A stretch of DNA of 64,000 bases from Protoeuglena noctilucae (Eukaryota): positions 62,001-126,000 of the forward strand of contig OY253678.1 of the NCBI GenBank assembly GCA_958009085.1, read 5' to 3'. Position numbers and translations under genes: made by a program. The notes under the pieces are model-generated. The model had not been told where the DNA came from. It was given only the letters and a program-made list of their open reading frames with translations, and searched no databases. Shown piece by piece: positions 35,796 through 47,447 of this stretch (position 1 is its first letter; each line of letters begins with the position of its first letter).

Positions 35796-36220
35796 ATGCG
35801 AACGTTGGCACGCGCGGTGGGGACGGGCGGCGCGGAGAGCTTCGACGGCAGCCACAACGCGGTCCAGCGACTGCCTTGGTCAGTGCCGCGGCGTCCCGGG
35901 GACGGTCGGCGTGTCTAGACACGGCGAAGCGCTTTGTTGTGCCTGTGCGGGCCGCGCGAGGGCATCTCCGGCCTCTCGTGTCGCGCAGGTACGCGAGGCC
36001 AGTCGTAAGGAGCATCGCGCTGGCCGTCCTGCTCTTCGCGGCGGGCGTCGTGCTTCTACTCACCGCGCTTGTCTGGGTGGGCACCGGGACTCCCTCCGCG
36101 TGGGCGCCTTTCACGCTGGGACTCCTCTGCATCCTGCCTGGGGGTTACCATCTGTACATCGCCTTCCAGGCGTGGCGCGGCACGCGCGGCTACGACTTCT
36201 CTGATATTCCGGAGGTCTAG
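35796..36220 (+). CDS. TMEM230/DUF872-like small membrane protein
   Basis: Intron 35879-35988; SIALAVLLFAAG...LGLLCILPGGYHLYIAFQAWRGTRGYDFSDIP*. Confidence 0.85.
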
Positions 36221-36418
36221 AGCAAGGTGCGTGACGAGGTGCGTGACTCCCCGGCCTCCCGGCGACGCGCAGCTGCAGCGTTTACCGACGAGCATAGCTT
36301 CGGTATCGGCGCGGTCCGCGTTGCGCAGCCTCGCTCGCCGTTTGACGCCGTGGTGGTTGGGGCGCGTTGAACCGAGCTCCCCGCGCGCCTGGATCGCTTC
36401 GCCTTTGCGCCCGCGCAG

Positions 36419-39112
36419 ATGTCGGACGCGGACATGACGAAGGAGCTGGTGAGCCGGCTGATCCGCGAGGAGGCGGACGCGAAGAAGGCCCACAAGCGGG
36501 AGAAGGTGGCCAAGCGCAAGAGAGAGGGCTCCGATGACAGCGAGGACGAGGTGAGATGACGGTTTTAGTATCTATATGTTATCCATTCATAGTATAGCTG
36601 GGTGACAACTTGTCATGATATGGACAGGCGGGGGCGTTGCACGGTGCCGTCAAACCATGTGCTTCATTGCTGTTTCTCCTCAATCATATCATTCCGCTCT
36701 CTCGCGCAGGCCCCCGGCGGGCAGCGAGGCAACGACGGCGCCGCGGGTGTGGGCGCTGGTGCGGGCGAGGAGGAGGATGAGGAGGGGGCGGCGTTGCGTC
36801 ATTTGGGGGAGGGGGTCACGGGGGCGGCGCAGAAGCGAAGGGAGATGCGGGCGGCGATGGAGGCGGGGCTGGAGGATGGGGGGGAGGGGAAGGGGGAGGA
36901 GGAGATGGGGTGAGAGGGGTATGTGGGTAGTGGGGGAGGGTGAGGGGGCGCGGTGGGGGTGCAGGGGAGCGGGGGTGAGGGTGAGGTTTGCAATGACAGG
37001 TGGCGGGCCCACACCGTACGTTGCACCCCCCACTGTCCTCTCACCCACTCTCGCTCTCACCTAGCCCCACTCTCACCTGCCACCCCCCCCACCCCCCTTG
37101 CGCAGTGAGGACGCGGTGGCCCATGCCCGTCAGGAGAACATCCGCATCATTCCCTTCAGCACAAGGGGGGACGACGAGGAGGGGTACTACGACGACAAGG
37201 GGTTCTTCGTGTTCAAGGTGAGTCAGAGTGTTTGTAATATTGCAATGGCAATTGGACTATATCTATGCTCACAATACTCCGATCTCGTCAGCTATCTACC
37301 CTCACGCCTCCCCACTAGTATCCTCCACCGCAGAAGCGCGACGGCGGCTCCCCCCAGTCCGGGTCCGAGGGCGGCGAGCCGGGCGACGAGGCGTGGTTTC
37401 AGAACGAGGGCAATGCGGAGGTGGGGGAGAAAGGATTGGCGGCGCATGAGGCGATGCTGCGTGCGATGAGGGAGGCGGAGGCGGAGCAGAGGAGGGGGCT
37501 GGGGGTGGCGCAGGAGCAGGGGATCAAGGTGGGTGGTGGTGGGGATGGGGTGAGGGGTGGGGGTGAGTGATGGAGGGGTATCTGTGGTGGGGGTGGTGCA
37601 GGAGCAGGGGATCAAGGTGAGGGGTGGGGTGGTGGGGTGAGTGATGGGGCGAGTGTGGTGGGGTGGCGGGGTTGGTATGGGCAGGTGGTGGTGTGAGATG
37701 CAGGGAGTGGTGACTTCGGAGCATGACCCATTGATACCTTCAGCATCACCCCACTCTGTCCCTCCCCCCCCCCCCTCCGCCGCATGGTGGGGTACTTGGT
37801 GGTCATTGGTGGTCATTTACACTCGTCACAGTATCAGCGCTTTGTTCTCGTGCATGACCCATCACCCCCTCTGCCCCCCCACAGCGCCGCATGGTGGGGT
37901 ACTTGCAGCCAGGCGAGACGGTGGCGGCTGCATTGAGGCGCATCGGCAAAGAGGCCGAAGCTGCGAGAAAAGCGCGGGGTGGGCGCGGCAGGGGCGGTGG
38001 GGGGTTACAGGGGAGGGGTGATGGTGGGGACGATGCAGAGATGAAGAGGAGGGAGTTTGAAGCACGGGCCAAGAGTGCGCAGGTGAGGGGAGTAGCGGAG
38101 TGGAGTGGGAGTGGGGTGGGTGGAGAGTGCACTGGTGAGGGGAGATAGATGCGCCTGTTTTGCATTGCTTGAAGGACAGGTGTTGGTGTTTGCCCATACA
38201 TCCCTATCTTACACCTCGTACCCCCCTCTCCCTGCCCCATAGTTCGACAGCCTGACGGACATGGCGGACCAGCTGCTGGCCGTGGGTGACACGGACATCT
38301 TCACAACGACGAGGGAAGAACTGGAACGGTCACTGGCAGTCATGGGGGGGGCATCGGGGGCTGTCTCTGGCGGGGAGGGGCGGGCGGAGGGGAGGCGTGG
38401 GGAGGACACGGATATGTTTGGAAGCGATGATGAGGGGGGAGGGGAGAAGGGGGATGGGGTGAGTGGTTGGCGTGGGATAGTGGGCGAGCTGAGCTGGTGG
38501 GGGGAGCATAGCTGGTAAGGCAAGCGGGTGAGCGGTACTTCTGAGGGCTGGAGACATCACAGGCGGAATATCGGCATGGATCCGCTACCGCAGGCTGGCG
38601 CGAACGGCAAAGATAACGGAGAGGCAGTGGCGTCGGCAGGTGCGACCCATGTGCACACCAGCACTCATAGTGCACCTGCCACCGCCCAAGCAACAACCAC
38701 CGCGCAAGCACGGGTGCAGCAGACCGCGGCAGACTTCAGCGGGTGGCCGGTCAAGGTGCGTTGGGGGTAACTGCGGCGTTTCACTGCGTTATAACTCAGT
38801 CTTGGTTTGCTAATCAGGCAGATGGTCCCGTCGTTGCAGGAGCTGCGGCGTTTCCTGGAGGAGCGGGGCGAGGACCCGGCCAAGTTCACCGAAAAGGGCG
38901 AGCTCATCGCAAAGGTGGTGGAGCTGGCCAATCAGGGGCCGGACGGGGACGGAGAGGCAGTCCCGGCGGACCCGCCGCAGGGGTATGTTTTCGATGCCAC
39001 GTCGGGGTATTACTGGGGCGCGTCCGACCGCCTGTATTACGAGGCCCGCAGCCGGATGTTCTACGACCCCGCCTCGGGGACCTGGCTTGCCGATCGGGCC
39101 ACGCGCGGTTGA
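36419..39112 (+). CDS. CD2BP2/U5-52K (Lin1)-like splicing factor with C-terminal OCRE domain
   Basis: IIPFS...EEGYYDDKGFFV, YLQPGETVAAALRRIG, LTDMADQLL..GDTDIF...REEL, aromatic octamer repeats GYVFDATSGYYW..LYYE..MFYD. Confidence 0.85.
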
Positions 39113-39736
39113 ATTGCGCCGCACGCGACGTCAGACTGCTAGGGTAAAAGGTTGACCCCGCTCATGCAATCGCACGCCAGGCGGCCGCTTCTTCTCAGAT
39201 ATATGCAGGCAGCGCGCAGAGACACGACGCGTCGGTGGTTGTGTAAACGCCCCGACGGCCCCCCGCAACACAGCGCATGCCTTCCCTCGTAGTTGCCGCT
39301 GCCCGTCCCACCAAGATCATCAACGCGCTCTTGCCGACCCGTCTTCGGCCGACGTGAACCAGGGCTGCGGCGCAGGTGCGGATGCAAATGCTGGTCTTGG
39401 GAGAAGGTGCAACGGGGAGTCCCGCTCGTCATCTGTTGCGTTTAAGCGACAGACGTGGCTCGTGCCGGGCGGGCCCCCTTGTGCCCAACGTGGCCGGGGA
39501 ACGGGGGGCCAGATGTGAGCTCCCGGGCCTTGCAGGGCCTTTGGGCCCACGGGAGGGCTGCGGCGCGCCTTGCTGGTGCCTCACCATGATTTGTAGCTCT
39601 TCCAGAGTGCAGCGTGCCTGAAAACCGTCCATGCGCCCACCGTCGCGCCCGGTCAACCTTCCCGCAGGGGGTGCGATGATTGCGCAGTGAAAGCGCGGCA
39701 GGGGAGCCAAACAGCGCCGCTCGGGGTCCCTGCGCA

Positions 39737-42700
39737 ATGGAGGACTACGTATTCGGCGAGTCCGGCTCTGCGGCGGACAACCGCAAGCTGTTTTCCTCCA
39801 AACGTGCGACCGCGCACGAGGTGGAAAAGGTGCGCCCCGCCCAGCCCCGCCGCGCAGCGATTCCGTCGATTCATTAAGCGAAATGGCCCGCCTCCGCGGC
39901 ATCAAACCGCCCCGCCCCCACGCCACGTGCAGGATGCGGGCGCACGCGAGATGCAGCTGCCAGCTCGAGGTGCGCTGCCGCGCGCGCCCCCCTGCCCGGG
40001 CGCGCCCGCTTCCCTCGCATTTAAAGCCTCTGCCCGCGTCCGCCTGCGTTCCCGCCAGCCCCGCGCGACCTCCGCCTCGTCGCACGCCTCGCCCGCAGTG
40101 CGCCGGAGCGTGGAGGAGGCCCGCGCGAGCATGCGCGGCGGCGGCCGGGACTCTTTCAGCTCCGTGGACGCGCGTCATTCCGCGTCGGGTCTCAAGGCGT
40201 GGCTGACGGGCCGCAACCGCAGCTCTGTGGAGCGCCCGCGGGGACCGGCGGACTCGGTGCGAGCGGCCGCCCAGATGCTGGGCTCTGCGGGCCCGCACCC
40301 GAACCCGGTGCTGGAGCGATTCCGCCGCGCGGTGCGCAAGGCCTACGTGGCGTACCGGATGAGCGCGAAGCTGCGCACGCTGCGGGACATGTTTGCCGAC
40401 ATCCAGCTGGACCCCGACCGCATCAAGCCGGTCAAGGTGCTGGGGAAGGGCGGGTTCGGGATGGTGCACCTGATCGAGTACGAGAAGACCAATGGGGCGA
40501 TCGAGATGATGGCCATCAAGGCGAGAGGGCAGTGGGGGTTGGGGGAGGGGGGGGGGGGGGGGAAGGGGTGCGTGTGTCTTTGCGCTCACCAACCCTTGCT
40601 TGCTCGAAGGTTGGTGAGGGGTGATGAGTACAGGTAATGCAGGGAGTGTGAACAACTCATAGGAAACACGATAGCCCGGCCATAGGTGCACGACATGGCC
40701 CTGCATGGCACGCACGCCGCCCCACCACACGACGTGCTGTGGCGTGGTGCTGAGCTAACGTGCTCTGCCCCTGTCCCCGCAGATGCTGCGATCGGGGACG
40801 GTGGACTCCACGGCGCTGCAGGACTTCGTCAACGAGGTGGCTCTTTTGAAAAAGCTGAGGCACCCCAACATCGTGCAGTTCAAAGGCATTGGGACATTCA
40901 CGGGGGAGCTACTGCAGGTGAACGGGGGGGGAGGGGGGTAGTGGGGGTGATAGGGGAGGGTGAAGGGTGGCAGTGAGGGCGGTAGTGAGGGTGGCAGTGG
41001 GGGGTTATCGGTGGGGGGCTGTTAGCCAGACATCTGCGACGTGTGCTGCATAAACTTTGACATGTCTATCGAGTATCTGTCTCACATGTCATCGCGTCCA
41101 TGCATGCCATTATCGCTCCCGCAGGTGCACGAGCTGACGCGTGTCAAGATGTGCGACGTCTTCCTGGGCCAGGAGTACTGTGCCGGGGGTACTCTGAAGA
41201 ACCTCATTGTGCGATACCAGGCCAACAAGGAAGGGAGACTGTACACGTGGGAGACGGCGTTCCGGTTGCTGAGGTGAGGGGTTGGGTGGGGGTGTGGGGG
41301 TGGGGATGGGGGTGGGTATGGGTGAGGGTGCACGTTGGGGTGCATGACACCCACCCATGACCACGACTGTCTATGTGCCAATCATTTCCATCCATCCTTA
41401 TCCTTCCCCTCTCTCTTTCCACCCAGGGACGTGGCGAGTGGCCTGGACTACCTGCACCAGCGCGAGCCGACCGTGATTCACCGGGACATGAAGCCCGACA
41501 ACGTGCTGCTGACCGACATGGACCCGTCAGCAGCCCACGCCAAGATCACGGACTTTGGATTGAGCAAGACCTACAGGAGGCGATCGATGGCCGAGGACAG
41601 GGCGCGCAAGGCCGAGGGGTCGCACTCGGGGGGGGGGCTGCTGACGGCGGTGAGTGGGCGAGTGGTGGTGGTGGATAATAGGTGATAGATAGGGAACTAG
41701 GAGGTGTTATCGATGTGGATGAGGGGGTAGCGCTGATGGTGTATGGATGAGCATGGTCGAAGGGTCGCATGCGCAGTTTGCTCCCCCGCAACCGTCAGAT
41801 CAACTCCGTGCAACAGCACTGCACCTTTAATCCACAAACCCCATGACCCCTTGCATGACCCACAGACCTCCCTGAACAACAACCACAAGCGGTCCGACCC
41901 CGTCTCCACCGGCACGCTCCTCCACCCCAAGGTCTCGCTCCCCAAGTCCCCCAGCTCACGCATGGACACCCCCTATCAGCCGGGGGAGATGTCGCCGGTC
42001 AACGCCCGCACCTCCCTCGAGGGCAGGGGTGCGTATGGCAACGGGCACTTGGGCGGGCTGCAGGGCGACAGCGGGGGGTGGGGTTTACCCGGGACTAAGC
42101 CGGGGAGGGTATCGAAGCTGGATGAGGGCGCAGGGGCGGCGAACGGGTCCGGGAGCGCGGCGCTGGGGGAGGGGCGGGGGGAGCAGGGGAGCATGGAGAT
42201 GCAGTTGCGCAAGGGGGGGGCGAGGAACGCGGTGGCGCCCATGACACCGTCGCAGGTGGGGGGGGATGGGGTGGAATGGTTGCGGGGGTGTGAGAGTGGG
42301 GTGGGGTTGCTGGGATGTGAGAGTGGTGGAGAGGAACAAGTGTTTCCGATCATTTCACGACTCCAGCATTTACCAATCTCGTTCTGTCTTTTTTTACCCT
42401 CGCCTGACTCTTTACACCTCTTCCCCTCCCCCCAGACCACCGCCCAGGGCCGTCGCCGCGGCAGCACCGACCGCACCTCCCGCTCCCGCCACAACCCGGG
42501 TCTGCTGCAGGTGCAGGTGCACGACCCGGCCGCGGAGCAGCCCGCCAGGCCAAGGCAGGCCAGCAACGCGGGTGAGGGATGGGGTGGGGTGGAGGGGGTG
42601 AGAGAGGGTTAGCAACGCGGGTGGGGAATGGGGTTTAGAGGGCTGGTGCAACATCACTCTCTACGGTAAGGGTAGGCTACGTTGCCTCTCCCAGTGCAAC

Positions 42701-44184
42701 AGCGCTCCACCTCTACGCCACCCCCCACCACCCCCCGACACATCCCAACTCACCTCAGCCCACCCCTCTCCCTTTCCTACCCCCCCCCCCCAGAGTGCCA
42801 GCGCTCCATCGCCGCCAATGCCGTGGCGTCCGGCCCCATGTCCCCCACCCACAAGGCCATCATACGCCGCATTTCCGAGGCGGAGAACAAGCGCATGCAG
42901 GTCGCGGGGCTGCCCGAGGGGCTGTGGAGCGGGCTGAACGAGCTGTGGACGTCGCTCAAGGCGGCGTCGACCGGTGAGGGTGGGAGATGGGGTGTGAGGG
43001 TGTGAGTGGGTGAGTGTATGAGGGTGTGAGTGTGAGTGGGGATGGATGAGCTGTGGACGTCGCTCAAGGCAGCGTCGACCGGTGAGGGGGTGGGGTGTGA
43101 GGGTGTGAGGGTGGGAGTGAGTGGGGATGCAAGTGTGTGTCTAGGGGTGCAATCGTGAGTCCCTGCCTTCTCTTGCAGCCGACTGCGCTCCCTTCCACTC
43201 CCACTCCACCTTCACACCACCACCACTCACCACTCACTCACCACACACCACTCACCCCCCTCCCCTGTTCCCCCCCATCCCAGCCGACTACGCCCCGCTC
43301 AACTTGACCGGCCTGACGGGCTCCCTCATGTACATGGCTCCCGAGGTGTACCGCAAGCAGCCCTACAACGAAAAGGAAGACATATTCTCATTCGGGATCA
43401 TCGCCTATGAGCTGCTGTCACACAAGCTTCTCGTGTCGAGCCTGCCGCGGGTCGACCTGCCGGGTGAGGGGGGGATGGGAGGAAGAAAAGGTGGGGGTAA
43501 TACGCCATTACTCACGCACCCTCACCTGTTCTGTATCTCTCTCTCTGGCCCTCAACACCACCCTCAGCCACACCCTCACCCACCACTCCCACTTCCCGTC
43601 TCGTGCTCACCAACTGCCACTCCCATCCCACTCCCCATCTCACACACTAACCCACTCACCCACCCCACCCCCACCCCCGCCCCCATCCCCAGGCGTAATG
43701 GATCACGCTGAGAAGGTCCCACTGTTACCCACACACTCACTCACTCACTCTCACTCACTTACTCACTCACCCACTCCCACTCATCCACTCACTCACTGTC
43801 ACACACACATTCACTTACTCACTCACACACTCACTCACCCACACACTCACTCACTCCCTATTCATCCAGTCTGTCACTCCCACTCACCCACCCCCACCCA
43901 CTCTCTCTCACTCACTCCCATACTCATCCCCATCTCTCACCCCGCCCCCACCCCCAGGCGTGATGGAGCACGCTGAGAAGGTCTCGCTCGGCTGGCGCCC
44001 CGAGATCCCCAGCACCTGGCCTTTATCTGTAAAGCGACTGCTGCAGAAGTGCTGGAGCCCGGAGCCCCGGGAGCGCCCCCCCTTCGACGCGGTGGTGCGC
44101 ATGATTGACGCGATCGTCATGACGGGGGACGTGAGGTGGTACGTCAAGCGGCACGAGACGGGGGGGTGCTGCCGGGTCATGTGA
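39737..44184 (+). CDS. Tyrosine-kinase-like (Raf/MAP3K-like) protein kinase
   Basis: [60 protein letters not shown]. Confidence 0.9.
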
Positions 44185-46030
44185 GATCCATCACGTCACG
44201 TGATCGATGATGAGAGGAGAAGACGGGGGTGGGCATCGCGGGGGGGGTGCTGCTGGGTCACACGCAAGGTCCATGCACACAAACCGCGTCGATTTCCCTC
44301 TCGCCACTCACCCCACGCCATCCCACGCCACCCACATCGTCAGCCGGGGCTGCAAGGGACCTTGGCTCCCCAGCCACCCCGCCGCACCCCACGCTGCGAC
44401 CCACAATATTCCCAACCGAGAGCAGTTCACTCACCCACTGCGGACTGCGATCGCCAAGTGACAAGAATGGGGGTGCCCACCATGCAACAACACGCGACAT
44501 GTGCTATGCCATGCGCCCCGCACCGCCAACCCCCCACAGCGCCTTTTACCGGTTACTGCAGCTGCGCTCGGGCCCTTACCGTCCGCATTTGCGGCCTCTG
44601 GGCCTTCCCAACTCCGCCGCCCTTTCGCTCCCGCCCTATGCCTGACCTAGGGCGAGCATAGTATGGGTCTCGCCTCGCCTCACACACACGCGACAGACTC
44701 CCCAAAACATACAATGCAGGTCTGGCGGGGCGCGGCAGCGACCGCTTTCAACACACCGTAGCTGCCGCCCCCTCGCTCCCCCTCCCCGACCCCTCCGCCG
44801 CCGTTGCCGTTTCGTTTCCCTCGCCTCCGCGCTGCGAGGAGCTCTGCGGCACTCTGCCGCCGCCTTAAGCCACCTTTGTTCTCGCCCTCTCGCCTGATGG
44901 TGTGTTGGCAAAGGCCTGCCCCACGCACGCCCTCCGCCCCACCCCGCCCCGCTCCGCCCCGCCCTCTCCCACTCCGCGTGTGACGCCGACACAGCACCAG
45001 TCACACCCTTGTTCCCCCATCCTCGCCTTCCCCTCTGCCCCGGCAGTCGTGGCGATCCTGTCCCCGTCGCACCCCGACCCCCTCTCCCGTTGCCGTTCAC
45101 CCCTCGACCCCCCAGCAATCCCTTAGGGGCTTTGCCCTCCCCAGAGTATCCCACTTTCCCTGTCGCCGCCTCTCGTGTAGTCGAGAGGCCAGGCCTCTCA
45201 CCCTAGCCACCCCGCACGCGCCCGCCGCCCCCGTCGATCGGCCCTCTTGGGCTACGGGCTCTTATGGCACCGAGCACTCACTCTGTACGAATGAGTACTC
45301 AATAGTGACTTATTGCCAGTGCCCTCCCCAACGGCGGTTGACCCAGGCGGCCCAGCCGGGGTTCCGGGCCCTCGCGCCAGCCTTCCCGGCGTGGCCCGCC
45401 TCGTCAAACCGGGTAGTAAACCCTAATAGCTTTGGGTTCCGGGCCGGCGTTCGGGTTCGCCCCCAATGCGATGCCATGTGCTGTGCCCTGCGGACTCTCT
45501 CCAGGCCCACGAGAGCCCCCACGTTTCGTGCTGTGTTTGTGTTCGTGCTGACTTTTGTGACGTGTTCCAAACTCGCTGTTCAACCCCCTCGAGCGCACCT
45601 GGGAGAGCGCAGCGCTGTGTGCAGTGCGCGCGCGTGGAGGTGAATGGGCCTGCCACCGCGAGCTTTGGGTAAACGGCACAAGGCGGCGACACGCTGTTCG
45701 TGAGCTTCGCCCGGCTTGTTAGGCAGAGAGCAGCGTTCCACCGTTTTGAAAGGAGAGATAGGCAGAACGTCGATGGTGGTGCACACGCACTGAGTCATGC
45801 GAACGATGCATGCATGGCTCCTTTGTGTCCAATGATATATTCTATACGATGCAAAGAAAGGGAGCTGTAATGCTCTGCATTGACTCCTCGAACCGCCTTC
45901 CCTGCACAATGCCATCCCACAGCGCACCCACTGCACCCATCCCTGCACACCCAGCACCCTCCCCCTGCACAACTGACTCCCATCCTAACCAGCCCCCATT
46001 CCCTGCGTATCCCGTGCCCATCCCCGCCCT

Positions 46031-46842
46031 TCACAGCACCCTGGCTGCCGCCACCGCCCTCTTGCACCCGGGGCAGTGGTGAATGGCGTCATGCAGAGGG
46101 CAACAGAACCCAAGCCCGCACGTCAGCATGCCCCAAACCCAAAACATGGTCCCGCGTCGCAAGTCCACTCGGCTCAGGCCCTCGTAGCCACACCGCTGCG
46201 TGTGAGACGAGAAGGCACGCAAGTGTGTAGTGCTAAGTACGCGTGGCATATGCAGCCCTGCTCCTGATGAAAACCAACTGTCGCGGCGTCTGAATACACA
46301 TAACAATGACTAACCCTATCGTCATCTCGATGGCAGAGAGCATGGTAGAACATGCGTGGGTGTGCAAGCAGCGACTCGCCTCGTCTCGCATCATGACTGG
46401 GCCGTAGCCGTACGTCGAGCCCAGGTACGCCAAGCGGTCCTCGTCCGCTCGGAATACAATCATCGGGACCTGCAATGACGTTTCGGGCATCGGCAGCGGC
46501 GCGGATGCCACGGGGACGCCCTGCACAGCGTCGACCTTCTCCGGGTGCCCCGCCGCAGCCAGGGCCGGGTCCGGGGCGCCAGCATGGTCGTCCGCTGCAG
46601 CGGGAACGCCTGGTCGCTGCGCACTGGCCGGGGCTCCGGGCTGACCGGCCAGCCCGAACTGTGGGGCAAGCGAAGAGGGAACTGAGTTGCTTCCGCGTGC
46701 CGAACTCTCAGACGCAAGGCGCCGCGCGCGGCCTGGGACGCACGAGCTGCTCGTTGGGGTCGGGTTCTACCGGCGGTTGAGGGGCTGGGTGGCCCGTCAT
46801 CGCGGTGGCGGGGTTGAGGGACGGATACTGCACGTAGCTCAT
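46031..46842 (-). CDS. LITAF-like zinc-ribbon membrane protein
   Basis: Pro-rich N-terminus; GPVMMRDE|RCGYEG..., a hydrophobic stretch, then DAIHHCPGC. The first knuckle reads DERC rather than CxxC. Confidence 0.7.
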
Positions 46843-47447
46843 GGTGCTGGTGCGCGCGAGCTCGGCTGCCTCGTTGCCGTGAGATGCATGCGGGCTTTGT
46901 CATCGTGTTGACGAATGAGCTGCGACTTCCAGTGTACGGGCAACGCTTTTCCAGCGCGAGGTCTGACGCCCTGGCCTTTTTTAGAGAGGGAAAGCTCGTG
47001 AGAAGCCGTTCCCATGCCAACGGGATGCGAAGAAGCCATTCAAGATGTTCCGTCGCATCTGGGACTTCCGCAAGCGCCGGGAGGTGAGGCCAGGCTCCGA
47101 GACCGTTCGTTCGCCGCGCCACATGACTCCTAGACGCCGCCGATGCCTGGCGTTTGTCAATCATTGAACATTTGTGCTACGGCGGGTGTGGAGAGTTGCT
47201 CGCACGCGCGACGAGGGGTGCAGGCCATTGCGTCGCCCCTCAACCCCCGCAGGAGGCGGAGGCGGAGAAGTACAATAGCCTGAGCGCGGCAAAGGCAACG
47301 GCGTCTCTTGCCGCGTCTCCTGCGGACGCGGGCGTGGCGACCGGCGGCCTCGCGGCCGACGAGGGACCCGAACACGGTCTCCCGCCAAATGAAGCCCTAC
47401 CGGGCGCTCCCGAGGGGGTCTCGCGCACCGATCAGGGAGCCGGAGAG

